Notes under the pieces: generated by a model | The model's database searches: none | Told to the model about the DNA's origin: nothing | Seen by the model: only the letters and a program-made list of their open reading frames with translations | Position numbers and translations under genes: made by a program | DNA from: Lama guanicoe | Taxonomy: Eukaryota | DNA length: 64,000 nucleotides | Assembly (NCBI GenBank): GCA_013239625.1 | Contig: MU053557.1 | Location: 317,063 to 381,062, forward strand | Direction of reading: 5' to 3' | Shown: piece by piece, positions 36,001-50,115 of the stretch | Layout of the letters: every line of letters starts with the position of its first letter | How positions within the stretch are numbered: position 1 is the first letter of the stretch

Positions 36001-37676
36001 GCATTAAACTGATAAACATCTAACTGAAGTTTCCTCATCCGCCTGGGCATACAGACTAGACTTTGGCCTTAAAGAGCTAAAGATGTCAGCCAAACCATTG
36101 CACTTTCATATTAGTATTTGTCATACCTACATTGAAAATCTTTACTAATATTTTGTGTAAAACAAAAATTTTGATAAAATACTGATATTAACAATAATTT
36201 ATAAGAATTCACAATATAAAATTTAAGAAAAGTGAAACTGAATATTTAATAGTCTTTAAATACAAATATTTATGAACGGGAAAAATAATAAATAAAATAG
36301 TAAAAGAAATTAGTAAAAACAATAAATGTAGTCAGTAAAATCAATTATACAAATATGAACAGTAAACATAAGCCAGTCTATATTTTTCCTTTTTTTTTTT
36401 TGCTGGAAAATAAAATAAAACTAGAGATACACTTATTTAAAATCTTAACCTTTTTTTTCTCCCATTAAAAAAAAAAGTGACCACTCCTTCCCATATTCAT
36501 GCACTGGAAGTTTCTTGGAAATTCATCAGAATTATATACTGCTGCTTCTTTAGAATCTTTTTTTCAGCCTTGTTACCTTCAGGAAAATATCAGTTCCTCT
36601 TTGGCCAGTGTCCTCAGCGAGACCTTAGGAAGCTCAGCAATTTGCTACTTATTCTCAGTTGAAGTCACAGGACTGAAATCATCAACTTCTGTTGGGTCGC
36701 CCCAATCTCCTCCTGATTCTGGCCAGTTCCGGGAGACAATGGACATGCTGATCCCCAGTGGCCATCAAAGCCTAAAAGCTGTGACTCTGTTCTGGAAGGC
36801 CTGCTAGAGATAGTCTATCCTGGGACACATTCAGCCAAGGATGTCGCTTCACTGGTACACGGCTTCTGCAAGACCCGCATCGGCGAGCTCTCGGGAGAAG
36901 CGCGCTCCCGCAGCCCGCACGCCCTCCTGACTCGGGGCTGCCGGCTCGTTTCCATCACCTGTGTGGTCCCACTTGATTGCTGACATTTGCAGCACCTGAA
37001 AAACCCTCTCACTGAACGAAAGGGAAAACCGTGGCTTGGATAGATTGAACAACTTCCCTAGATGCAAACTGGCGGCTTGTGCCACTGGCTCCAGATGATA
37101 ACTCAGGGCTCAAGGTCCCTTCCTTCCGCTTTGCTGCTCCCAGTTTCTGTGGCGCCAACATAGAACTTAGACAAGAACTTGACCAGCATTGTTACTGATC
37201 CTGCTGAGTTGTCCTTAAGGACACAAACGTCACAGCCACGGCAGCCTGTCAGGTGTGCTGTGTCTTCCTGATCAACATGGTACCTTCCTCTGAACATTCT
37301 GAATCATGTTGACTCCACTTCCCATGTTTAGGTTTGTGGAGGGGGAAAATATGCAAACCAGTCCACTGTGAAGAATTAACTTGAGCACTGGCCTTGCAGC
37401 CAGCCACAGAGATGCTATAGGTTTTTGCAAAGGCATTCTTTAAAATCAAAACCAAGCAAAAGAGAATTTGGATTTAAAATGTTTGTGCCATAGTCTTGGG
37501 TTTGAAAACATAATAAAGTCAGGGGAGACAAGGTTTCTCCTTGGCCTTTCTTAACTTTGGCTGCTTGAGCTATTCTCCAGATTCTTTTTGTCTTTTGCAG
37601 GGAGAGCATTCACCTGCTCCAATTTGACCATCTTGCTCTAACTTGCCAAGCAAGGGCCAGAAGCAGGGGAACCAAA

Positions 37677-38015
37677 AGTGATGATTCTCAAAATTAAACA
37701 TATGGAACAGTCACCTGGGGAACTTGTGGATGCTGTAGCATCTTTGACTCTGGCTGCAAAGATTTCTGGGGAGCCTGAAATCTGCATAGTTGGCCAGCCC
37801 CCACAGGTGTTTTTGATTCCCCGGGGTACCTGAGCACACTTGCTGAAACCCTTCCGCTTTAGAGCAGTGCTTCTCACACTGTACTGTATCCACAGATCTC
37901 TGTTAAAATGCACAGTCCACTTAAGGAAGTCTGAGGAAGAGCAGGAGATTCTGTATTTCTCGCAAGCTCTTGGGAGGTGCTAGTCCAGGAACTGCTCTTT
38001 GAGTAGCAAGGGTCT
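37677..38015. mobile_element. Two adjacent MER5-family MITEs joined at ctttagag
   Basis: Both begin (c)agtg..ttctca; the second ends tttgagtagcaagggtctag. Confidence 0.65.
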
Positions 38016-39060
38016 AGGGCTCAATCAGTTTTATTGGCTGGATTCAAAGTTCAGCTCTGGCCTTTACTGGCTGTGAGTCTGGAGAAGTTATTTAACCTCT
38101 CTGTTGCCTCAGTTCTGTCATCCCCCAACGGGACACACTATTAGCACTTACTCCTATGATGGTAGTGAGATTTCAATGACATAATAAATGTAAAGCTCCT
38201 AGCATATAGGGACACCTAACACGTGTTAGCTATTATCATCACTTTTGGACATTGTGCTTTGACTTTTGTGTTTGGTATATGCATTCATCAGTAAGGGGAC
38301 TTACAAAATTCCAGCCTGGTGGCTTGGTGGGTTGGGCTTGTCTGGGTCACTTGAATTCAAAGCCCCTCTCTTCTTCCCTTCCCCACAAAAAGCAAATCTT
38401 GAATCTACCCCCAATGGCTTTTCCCTCCTCTGAATTCAGAGGTCCCAGGAAAAGAGCTAATTAACTGGCAATTTTGGTTGAAATAGGAGATAAAGACATT
38501 GTACCAAGTTTTTGAACTGTGCCCAGACTAACAGATTAGAAACTTCTTAAAGTGGTACCACATCTTCCTGGAAAAACAAAACTTCAGAATTTTCCTCTTA
38601 AAACGTCTTCTGCAATCACAAGCTCCTACTAATTCCGTTCTCTTCTGCCACCACCAGGAATCTCTCCCTCAGAAATCAGTAAAATTGCCTCAATTCTGGG
38701 TTGGCCAGCCAAGAGAAATCCAGGCAGCAGTTCATCAGCCACTAGCAGCAGGGGAGGGGGACAGGGGAGCCAGACTTGTGAGGCTGCATGTCTTGGTTCT
38801 ACTTACGGGTGTGACAGTGAGACAGCGTGTCCGCCTCCCTCAGCCTCGGTCTGTAGGAGAGGGGCTGTGGGAGTTAAACCGCAGCCAAGCTCTTATCTCT
38901 TCACTTTAATTGATGATTCTTGCACCTCAGTCTGCTGAAGCATCTTCTGGGAAATTTTTTTAAACTTGTAGACACCCAGACCGTACCTCACAAGATACAG
39001 ATTCTGTCGGTCTGAAATGAGCACCAGATTTCTGCAGGTTTAAACTGACATACTGGGTAA

Positions 39061-39154
39061 TTTTCTTTGTTTTAATTGGAGGCACTGGGGATTGAATCCA
39101 GGACCTCGTGCATGCTAGGTATGCGCTCTACCACTGAGCTATACCCCCGGCCCC
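39061..39154 (-). mobile_element. tRNA-Ala-derived SINE (Vic-1-like), inside a MER5-like remnant
   Basis: tggaggcactggggattgaatccaggacctcgtgcatgctaggtatgcgctctaccactgagctatacccc. Confidence 0.85.
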
Positions 39155-39538
39155 AAATCCCAAATTCTGAAGCAAGTGGTCCATTCTCTGAAAAACAAAG
39201 CTTTTTAAGAACAAGGAAGGATACTCAGATACGGTGCTACTTGAACAAAAACAGCTGCCTAAACCTAGGTTAGTGGGACGTGATCTGTTTTGGATGACCC
39301 CATAGAAGCTGCCCTTTGCTGAGTGAGCCAGGACCATGTCCTAACGACTCTTATTTATTTTCCTTTATGCCACCCTATTATTACCACTCTTATCCTCACA
39401 GGGCAGAACAGAGTCACGGCTCAGAGAGTTTAAAAACCTTGCCCAAAGTTTTACCATGAGTTACTTAGTGCCCAAGGGAGCCCCCGACCCATGTGTGTAG
39501 GCCCCGGAGTCAGAATCTTTTCTACATGTGCTCTAGAG

Positions 39539-39722
39539 CAGAGCTTCTCAAACTTCAGCTGACATTAGAATCCCCTGGAGGGCCTGTGGAAACAGACTGC
39601 CAGGCCCTACCCTCAGAATTTCGGATTCAGTGCCTCTGGGCTGGGACCTGAGAATCTGCATTCCCAACAAGTGCCCTCTCGCTGCCGCCGCTGCCGCTGC
39701 TGTTGGACTTTGAGAACCACAG
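39539..39722. mobile_element. MER5A MITE with degenerate 8-bp TSD
   Basis: TIRs cagagcttctcaaa / tttgagaaccacag, flanked by ctctagag (39531-39538) and cagtagag (39723-39730). Confidence 0.85.
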
Positions 39723-42700
39723 CAGTAGAGTTAACTGTCGGGTCTTTTTCTAGAAGTCTGATGCTGTGTCTCTTTGTCATTCCTAGCCGCCCTAGCCAGG
39801 TCAATTGAGAAAAGCTCTCTTTTTCCTTCAGCTGTTGCTGAGCCAATAAGTACACGACAAATGGCCAACGAAGCTGCCGTTCAGCCAGTTCTCCTGTGCC
39901 TTCGGGGCACATTATTTTTGCGGGGGTTTGAAGTTGTAATATGTCATCCTCTTCCCTGAAGCAGAAAGAACAACTCTCCCTTTGCGGTGGCTCTTTCCTA
40001 AGAATTCTTCTACTCTTTTATTTCTTGCTTTAAAAATGCGGAGCCGTGTTTCTATTCCAACTCAGCAACAGTCAGTGAAGTGCCATCCTGATCATGTCTG
40101 TACGGCCAGGTGCTAAGGAAATCATCCAGCCCCTGCCTCCTTCCTGCCTGAGTTTGGTGATGCAATTCCATCTGGGATCTGGATGGGCCTCCCCTCTAGA
40201 TTGGTGGTCCTGGGGCTTCTGGGGTTTACTCTCCCTGGGGGCATCCACCGTAAACATGAGCACAGACTGCTTTGCACGGAGGGTCAATTTCAGCGGCCGG
40301 TCCTGCTGTCCTTCCCCAGGAATCCCGCGTCCGGCTTGCTAAGCCACCCAGACAGCAAGCTGCAGGAGTACCAGCCCGGGTCAAGCCAGCAGGATGACCC
40401 CGTGATGTTTGTAAAGGGAGAGATGAGGATTCTCTCTGGACAGCTAGGTTGGCAAGGTCAGAGTCAAAAGTCTCTGTTCTCTCCTCCTGCTCTGTGCACA
40501 TTCTACAGATCTCCATCCCAAGCAACAATGTGACGTCTCTGAGGCCGCTTCTTCCGTCAGGATTCAAACTGCAACTTGATTTGACGGATTTGGTCGCAAC
40601 AGTTCAACTGGTCTTCTGGAAGACTCTTCTCCAAATCAGGAATCCCCCAGCCTGGCCTCTGCCTGGGAGGTGGGTGGTGGAGTTGACCTGGGTGTCAAAC
40701 CCATGGTGCCACCTGCCAAAAGCAGTGTGACCTGACCACCCTGAGTTCAGTGTTCCTGATTGCCAGACAGAGCTATTTGGTACCTACCACCCTGCATGGG
40801 ATGAGAGGATGGGATAGGATTTTACACATGACAGTGCCTGGACCCTCAGAAAATATTCACAGAATCTGAGCCCTACTAGGCACCTCAGTCCATTTTGCTC
40901 GTTTTTTCTCTGGGACTAAACAACATTTGAAATGGTCACAAAGGCGGACCCAGGATCCAGCAAAGTCCAGAGGGCGTATCTGTGGAGGCTGTTAAACACA
41001 CGGACTAAAAACCGTGGCCTAAGTCCACGTCCTTGCCTGCCACGCAGTGGTGTGATCCTGACATGATTACCCGTAGTCCCCGCTTTTCAGGTTTGTTTTT
41101 CCATTATAAAATTGTAAACATGAAGTAATTATGTATTAAGCTTTTGGTACAGTAGTACATAGTAAATGAACACTCAGTAGATGCTAGTTACTTTTACTGA
41201 TAACTATTTTCACATATATTTATATTTCATATATATTTCATGTATATATAATTACATTTTGCATGTAATTTCAGGGAGTTCATGGATTTCTTTGAAGCCT
41301 ATCTTCTGGGTATGTGGACACCTGGGACCCATGGACCCCAACTACATATGATATAAAGTATACAATGTTATTGATCTACCATCAGCTGGGTTGGGTTTTG
41401 CAGTATATATTTCCCCTCTAGTCTCAGATTTTTAAAGGTACTTCTGTGACTAACTGAAGGTGAAAACCTGACGAAGCCCATTACCCCCCGCCCCCCCGAG
41501 TCTCGCAAAATCTGGTCAAACTCAACCTGGACTCCAGTTACCTGGCCTGCGATGGGACAGAACTTTCCCTCGGAGTCCCCGTGGCACCATTCTCACCTTT
41601 CTCTCTGGTCCCTGTCTGGCCTCCGCTGGCCCCTTGCCTCCTGGTCCTGTTTTGCTCTGTGACTCTCTGCACGTAGAACTCAGCCCCATTACCCTTTACT
41701 CTTATACAAGGAATCCACATTGAACATTTTGGGACGTTGGTGAAGGCTCCTAGGGTGGAGCACAAATGTTCACCACTGTGATAGCTCCCTCCCTCCTCCC
41801 CACTTCTCTCTGGCACATTCGAAAGCATCTGCCCCTTTGATTCATTTGTATGCAGCCCTCAGCCCCATCTAGGCCTGCCAGGTTATCACTTTCTATTCCA
41901 TCCATTCACCAAGAATGTTTTATTTTTTTACAAATACAAGAGATAGTTGAAAAAATGTTCTCCCTCTGATTCTGCATGAATTAATGCCAGTTGTTACTAG
42001 GATGTCTTATTCCATGTTCCCAGTGCCAGGGAAGTACCCATCACGTGACAGGTGTTTCCCCATTGGATGAGAGGAGGAGGGAGGGAAGTGGGGAGGAGAA
42101 AGTGGAAAGAAATCCCCAGACTTGTTCTGGATCCAGATCATGATTCCATCAGCCGGATTAGAGACTGTGAAACTAGGTAATGGTCCCCCTGCTAATTACT
42201 GTTGACTAGATTTCCCTCTGTTTCTCTTTCATTCCTAGTATCTCAGCTATTTTTTTTCCCCAAGCCAATTTCTAGCTCTCCCAATAGAGTTACATGGTGG
42301 TTCCTCCTTTCTGTCCCCTCATACAGTAAGAGAAATTCCCAACTCACTTCGTAAACCCCTTGCAAGTAATTAGTTGACTCAGGAGGCATCCTCAAGAAGC
42401 CAGAAGCATGCTGGCTTTAATTTCCCTTTCTGAGATCCTCTTTCCTCTATTAACTTCACCTTTCCTCAGCCAGGGCAGAAATTAATTTGTGGGTGTCATT
42501 TGTCCCTCCAACAGTTTTTTTTTTAATAGTCGTCTTCTTGATTCCTGTAAATTGTAATCCACCTGGTGTGACATTTCCCTTCGCAGAGAGAATATACCGA
42601 GGTCTGGGAGTGAGCCTGAGCAGAAAAAGAAATGTGAGGTTCTCGATTTCCTTGGGAGGCCTCTTCGTGGGATTCTGGGAGAGATTAGGATGGATCCTAC

Positions 42701-45700
42701 AGACTGGGTTACCCCCTGTCATATTGGGGGTGGCCCAGATTGTGGAAGTGCCATGAATTAAACAGAGAAAAAGGAACGAGAGGCTCGAAGAAGCCAACGG
42801 CAACTTCCCGATTTTTAGGAGGAAGAAGCTTGATCTCAGAATCAGACCATTATAGTCTCCCCATCAGCTGCAGGTGGCACTGGAAAATGGAAGTCTTTCC
42901 CTTGTGAGGTTGGACTGATATAGGCAAACAGGTAAAGCTGAACTGAGTGACCAGACCGCTAGCCTATCCTTTAACTACGCGTACAAGATTCACATCTGCA
43001 CATGGCCTGTGCGCTGTGTGAGCAGGATAGACCATCACTTTTCATTTCTGTACATCAAGTCCCCGGGCCAATGTGTATCACGTGGTTGGACGTCAGCACT
43101 GCTCTTGGAGTTGACTTGAACTGGTTCACTGGTTGCTTGGATATATAAAGGGCTGAGGGTGTCACAGCAGCTCGCTACATTAGAGAAGAGGCAAGGCTGC
43201 CTCCCAAGGCTGACATATTGGAAAGAGCGCCCTCAAACCCTCTGGAAGATATTGGTGGGGAGATTCCCAGTTTAGTTTTTACTTACATCAAGCTCTACAC
43301 TAGATGACAACGTTTAAGTGGAAGGAAGCATACTCAGAGAGCTAAATGCATAATTTAAAATGTCAGGTAAAATTATATGAATGTCCAGCCATTGAAGAAT
43401 TGAGCGTTTTAGTAGACTAGCATTAAAATTACATACATAAATGTAAACTTGAAAAACACTTTTGAGATAACGTTATGCTGAAAGGCGGGGTAATCGTTGC
43501 ATGTATATGTGATACCAGTGTCACTCGTCTAATTCAAACCCTTCAGTGTTATCCCACCACCTTTGGAGAAGACAGAACTCCTTCAGGTTGAAGGTCAGAA
43601 GGCTCGCTGTTACCTGTCCCTGCCACCTACATCCCCCAAACCATCTCCTTCCACTTGTCCTCCACCGCCCCTCCCCACCCCATATGAGACCCACCCCAGA
43701 CTTCTCCAGAGCCCTGAGAAACAGAGCTTCTCCACTGCTCCACCACTAACATTATTTCCGGGTAAATGTGCAACAATGTGGCACAGAAGAGTCGGTTTAT
43801 ATCTGGGTTTCTCTCAATTGTATAAACAACAGCCTTCAGGCTCTTTCATGACTGTTCCCTGCCCTTGCCTCCTTCACTTACATCACCTTTGATCTAAAAC
43901 ATCCTTAAGTTGGACAAATTTGAGGCTAAGTACTTGAAAGAACCCTTATCTTCCCTTTTTCTTCTTGAGCTTTGTTCTGTAATGATATGTCTGTCTACAG
44001 CTTATATCCAGCTGGGATTAGAAATAGACATGCATTTTCTCCCTGATTGGCTTCAAGATCAAAGATAAATGGACAGATGCCAAGGATCTGGATGAAGCTT
44101 GCACACATTTTAACCCACACTCTGCACGGGGCAATCCTCTTGCACAGACAGGTGTGAATGTGGTAAGGGGACCATACCACAAACTGTAAAGAGAGTGGGA
44201 AGATGATCACTGATTGCAATGCTGAAATACAGACGTACGTTAAGCTCCAGATGCCACACCAACTCTCCAGACACTTGGTGAGCTATGATGTGAAAGCATC
44301 ACCCAGGAACACCCCTCCTTTGCCTTTCATAATTGCTCGAGCCCCTAAACCATGCTGCATGAGCCAGATTGACACCTGACACATCACACCACTGACCCTA
44401 GAAAAGGACCGTTGTACTACTGTCGTTTCTAACAACAGGAATTCAGTCAAACGGCAATGCTCAATGGTAAATCTAGAATGTGAGTCAGGGATGCTGATGT
44501 TCTGATCTTTCTGTCTCAAGCACTGAGCAAAGCATCCAACCTGAAAGAGGTTAATCAGTCAGCAAGTCAGCTACGCAATCTCCTTTTCAGAAAGAATGTG
44601 CTGGACTTTGGGAAAGAACCTGCCTTGATTCAGGATAGAAATGTTAATGTGGTGTTCTTTATTTCTTCAGAAACCCTCTTCCTGGGATTGTAGGAGAGAT
44701 TAGGGTTGATCCTTATAGACTGAATGTCAGTGTGATGCCAGCTAAATGGGGTCACCCAAATGGTACTGCAATGTAACAATGGGAAGACAATTTACACTCT
44801 CCTGGATTCCCTCCAAGCATGGGGAGTCCACTGCATGTATTTGGGTAGATATTCCAATGAGTCACTTGAGGATGGAGGAGGTAGGACTTCCAAGGGACAG
44901 GGACACTCACACTTGATGATCAAATGGCCTTTGGAAAGTTTGGTTCCATTTCTCTGTGGGGCCTCACTTTTGCAGTAGGGAGAGGGCAAGAATTCCATCA
45001 CTTGGAATGATAGTGGAGAGGTTGAGTACTGCATCCAAGGCTTTTCCCCCTGCCCAGTCTCCATGCCGTTTCTGCCCCTCTGATGAGTAAATGCTGAACA
45101 GATATTTGGAGACTCTTTAAGTTTATGCTGGTTATCAGTCCTTCTGCGGAGCCCACATGTGTCTCTCGACCATCATGAGCTGGACCGTGATGTGGAGCCC
45201 TCTGTATGTGTGCCAGCCAGCTACAAGCAATGGTCCCACATACACGGAAGGAATGACTCTCATTAATTCATCCCTTTGGAGGGAGGCCAATCAATGGGAA
45301 GTTCCAGTTAGATACGTCTTAAAGCTTAACATTTTTGAGTCCCTATCAGCCAGAACTGGTTGGGGCCTTGAGAGGAAGAAGGGAAGAGGGGGAAGAAGTC
45401 ACATTCTTAGAGGACCCTGCAAATGTCTTAATAAATAGATAAGAATCTTGTTCACTTAACATTTTCACAATTAGAAAGCAAAGAGGACCAAAACAGGGCC
45501 TGAGAACTGCATGTTGTTCCCTACCAAGAGAAGAGAGATGCTACAGAACATGACTCCACGACGGGGGCAGGAAAGCATTAAGCTTCGGTTGGACAGCGTC
45601 TCAGAAGAGACCCTTAATGATGAAGCTGGTAAACATCAAAGGACAATTGATTTCTCTTCAAGTGGGCTCTACAGTATTATTTAATTTGTTTCCAAAAGGT

Positions 45701-46780
45701 TAGAGCTATTTTAATAATGGCCCACTGTCTTCTGAATTCCAATGCATTCTTCAAAACCCACGTAGGTACCTGTATTACAAACCAAGAAGCGTTCCCAAGT
45801 CTCCCCCAGGCTACAGAATCAGACTACATTTTCCACGTGCAGGTCTTGTCATTCCGATCACGTTCAATTGCTACGTGTTCATTCACGGATCTGTCTCCTC
45901 TACTGGACGGGAGCTACCTGAGTCCAGACATTGGCTTCATTTATCTCTGGGTCCTTGCTTTAACCTAGAGTCTGGCACCCTGTAATGGTTTGGTATATAT
46001 CTACTTAATAACAGAACACTTTTCATAAGTACGGTATTTATTCTGCAACTTTTGGTGGCCAGGAAGAAATATTCTGGTTTTCTTTCTGGATGCAGGTCAT
46101 GGGTTAGTTACTCTAATCTAATTAAATTACTTCATGGATGAGAGCACTGAATTTAAATAATTCTCCCAAGGTTGTAGAACTTGTTAGATGGTCCAGCCAT
46201 TTATTAGTAAGTTGTGAGAACCTCACTTGGTGATAAAACCTGACCTGCACTCACATTAGGCTATTTACAGTTTTTAATTATCCTATTTAGTATGAATATT
46301 TATGTGTTGCACAAAAAAAGATGTTTGTGCATTTGTTTATTGTGTACTGTCTCTTTCTAAAATATGAAAATTTAAAATTGTGCAGTTCATCTTGCCCTGG
46401 GGATTTCAGATGAGATACTACGAACCTGTACGGTGTCATTTCATTAAGAGAAGCTTTATGTCTTTAATGCTTATTTCAGCAAAGCGACATCAATTATCAT
46501 ATTAAATTGGTGTCAGTCACTTGACTTCTGTTGTTTGTGTTATTTCGTTTGCATTTTATTGTTAATGTATTTTGGGTATAAATGTGTTTGAAGCTATATA
46601 CGTTTACTATTCATTTCTAATTTTATGTTTCTAATATTTTGGTACTATTATAATAAAAGTCATGTAAGTAAATAAGAAATTAAGCAAATCAGGGAAAAAA
46701 TTATATAGCTAAAATTAACGTTAAAAACTCCTTACGTGTCCTGGGGGGCAGTATAAATGATTTTGTTTATAGTTATATTC

Positions 46781-46783
<3 letters not shown>

Positions 46784-46816
<33 letters not shown>
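46784..46816 (+). repeat. (TG)n microsatellite
   Basis: Direct inspection. Confidence 0.95.
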
Positions 46817-46819
<3 letters not shown>

Positions 46820-49800
46820 CATATGTACATATGTATAGTGATAGATGTATATGTAAATAAATCGTATGTGCTGTAATAAAGATGGTCATTGTGCACATTC
46901 AGATTAGCCTCCTCCTGTCTTGATAACTCTGTTTATTTTCCTCTTTTGCCAAAGGCATATTGAATCCGCCTCAATGAAACAGATTCTGTTCTAGTGGGTG
47001 ATTGTAAGGCGCTCAGCCAGGAAACCCTGTCCACATCTGCAGTCACAGAAATGACTGATTCTCTCACTCCCCTTGTCCTTTTGCTGATCCCACCCAACCC
47101 CTCCAGCGACCACATGCATGCAGAGGTTGCAGAAGGACTAATGCAATCAGCCAGCTGATCTGCAATGGTGAGGATAAAGCCACAGATCATAACCTTGCAT
47201 GTTTACTCTCAGACAGAAGGATGGAAATCTCACAACAACATTTGTGGGACAGTTTAGGACAGTAGTTGCCTGTGGGATCCAGACAGATAAAATAAATGCA
47301 TGAGGTGGGCAGGCTGTAAGAAAGAAAAAAATGCAGGGAGATGAGGCATGGCAAGTGGAAACTCTTTTCAGTAGCAGAGTGAAAATGAGCAGGGCTGGGA
47401 CGATGGCAGGGAAATAGAAAGTCACGGGAATCTGTACTTCCACACCAGTTAATCGCTCCCACATTTGGGATGGTAGGCCCGGTGTTGCTTTTTTTTTTTT
47501 TTTTTCCAAGGGAAATTAAAAAAAAAAAAGAAAACAAATTTTTATGTGAATTCTCCTGTTTTTCTCTATTGGCAACTAATTCAATGAAAAAATAGTGTGA
47601 ATCAAATAAAACACATCTGTGGGCCAGATCTGGCCCTCAGACCATGATTTTGCATCCTGTGACTTAGAATCTGGTGGCAGACATTTGTACCCTGAACAAA
47701 CTTGTCACACATGGCCCCCTATTCCTAACCCTGGATGAAAAGAGACACAAACTCTTCTCTTGTGGTAAATCATGATTTTTTTCATCTGAGGTGATAGCTT
47801 TGGCTGTGGCCCAACGGCTCACTTCTGGAAACCAGAAATCTCTTCCCGCCCTTGTTAATGTTTTGGGCTAATTGTGTTAGAAATTAAACTGGACTGGAGC
47901 TAACTGGAGCGGATGCTCAAGGACCAATTTCAGGGCCTTACAAAACTTCTCCTTTCAAAGGGATTCCAAAACTGAAATTCCTCCTCTTTCCATTCCCATT
48001 ACCAGACTTCTCAGAGTGTCTATAAGGTGCTGATTTTCCCACAGTGAATGTTTCATTGGGCCAACAGAACCTGCAAAATCAATCTGTTCAGTTAGCAAAT
48101 GACAACACTTGAGAACCGAATGTTTTCCCTCATTTCCCTGAAAACAAAACTGTCTGGCAACAGATTTGCAAAGTTGTCAAAGAAGACAGGTTTCACACTT
48201 GGACCTTCATTTATGTTCTATTCATGTCTTTGTGCAACAATATGCAGTGGGTGCCTATAATGTAGTGGGGGCTGTTTTAGCCACTGGGGATACAGCTGAG
48301 ACTGGAACAGACAAGGTTCCTACGTTCCTGTAAGTTTGCATCAAATAGGCAAACAAATAGGCAGTAATACGTTTGTCGCCACATCTAATACCTACATTCA
48401 AACTAGAAGTATAGGATATATATTACTCAAAACCAAATGCAAGATCACAGGCCACCCTCTCCTCAAAGGAGAGCAGAAACAGTTGTAGACATCCTGGGGA
48501 GAGGAGGAAAAGAAGCAGAGAAGGCAAGTGGAGACGATGAAAAAAGGGTGAGAGTGAAGACAGCGAAATTAAGACACAGTCAGAAGCGGGGGAGCTCAGG
48601 CGACTCTCTGGATCGGGCAGTAAAGAGATTCCTGGCACTTTGTTTAGGTATCGATGGTTCTCAGCTCTGTGCTTCATGAGTTAAAAATTGATCAAAAGAA
48701 ATGGCTACCTTTGTGAAACTGACTCTGTGGTTCACAGTAGCTGCATCAGTACCGGTATTTTTCAGGCACCATTTAAAGAAAATTCCTGTTAGACTAGATA
48801 AGTCAGTAAAAATGTCCAAGAAATAATCACAGTTTAATTTTAAGAGGCAATAAGGACTGAAAACAAGACGGTGCCAATATAAACAAAGATTCAAGACGGT
48901 GTCTGCTTATCTAAATAGCTCAAGCAAAGAAACTTGACAAACCTAGGTTCCAATGTGTTTTGAGTTAACTGTTGATCTGCTTCACTTTATATGTTTCTTT
49001 TTTTTTTTTCTGAATAAAACTTTTGGAAAAAAAATCAATAGGTTGGCTGAGATCGTCAAAGCAAAATTGTTTTACAAGTCAAGTTTTCCGTATCAGCTGG
49101 TTTTCCCAAGGCAGATTATAGCATTTGTATCAATAAACATCAAATTAAACAGTTCCTGTGTATATCTGGAGGCGAAGCCTGAATCTGCCAAAGCCAATGA
49201 GCTAGGAAACCTTATTTTTTAAGAACCGAGAAACAATTCCCCCAGCTTATAACAAAGATTTGCCGTGGCTTTGTTTACACCCCTTAAACTGTCTGCTAAC
49301 AAGGAGAAATAAATATTTTAAAAAAAACAACTTTATGAAGTGTAAGAATTTTAATTTTCTGTTTACACATGTAATCAAGTAGACTGAAATGGAAGGAATT
49401 ATTTAGATGATCTGGTAATATTCACAAATCAATTTCAATTTATAAATAACTGAGTGCTTTGTTTGTATTGTTGGCACAGTCCAGGTAGTACATCTTTCCT
49501 TTTCACTTAATATGTATAGACCTACTTTACACAACCCAGAAAAAACAGAATATGTTTGGGATTCAGGAGAAATAAAAACTTATGAAAACGAAAAAGGAGC
49601 TTCCAAGTGGTCATTCATTCAGTCACTCAGTGAAATATTTATTGGACACTTACTAAAGGCAGGTGCTATACACGGCCCTGAAGGTACAGCAATGAATAAA
49701 ATGGACATGGTCCAGCCCTCAAGCTCATAACCTACGGGGGAGGTAGATGGTGAGCCAGACACTACACGCGTGTGAGGGCTGTGAAGGAGAAGTTCAGGCT

Positions 49801-49859
49801 TAAGGCAAGAGACCCATCCCTGGAGTCAGGGATATCTGCTGGCAGGAAGCAGCGTTTCT

Positions 49860-50115
49860 GCTGAGACCTGGAGGTTATAGACAAAGTTAGTGTGACAAGA
49901 GATGGGGAAAAGGAAGGAAGGGTGTGAAGCCACCCTGAATGTTCTAGCCCAGCTCTCAGCTGATGACAGCTGCATGAGAGAATCAAAGCAAGGATGTCCG
50001 AAAGACCACAATGCCGAACACCAGTCAACCCACAGAACCATGAGCAATACGGTAGTCGCTGTTTTACACCACTGAATTTGGGGGCATTTATTCTGCAGTG
50101 ATGAATAAACTGAAC
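49860..50115 (+). mobile_element. MaLR (MLT1-type) LTR 3' part
   Basis: cagctgatgacagctgcatgagaga...cccacagaaccatgagcaata...gttttacaccactgaatttgggg...aactgaaca. Confidence 0.7.

Noticed and set aside
40300..40460. Good splice-acceptor-like site (ccttccccag) within ORF 40183-40533
   Set aside because: No convincing donor and no recognisable protein similarity.
43141..43150. TATA-like ATATATAAAG
   Set aside because: No downstream exon or ORF and no other promoter evidence.
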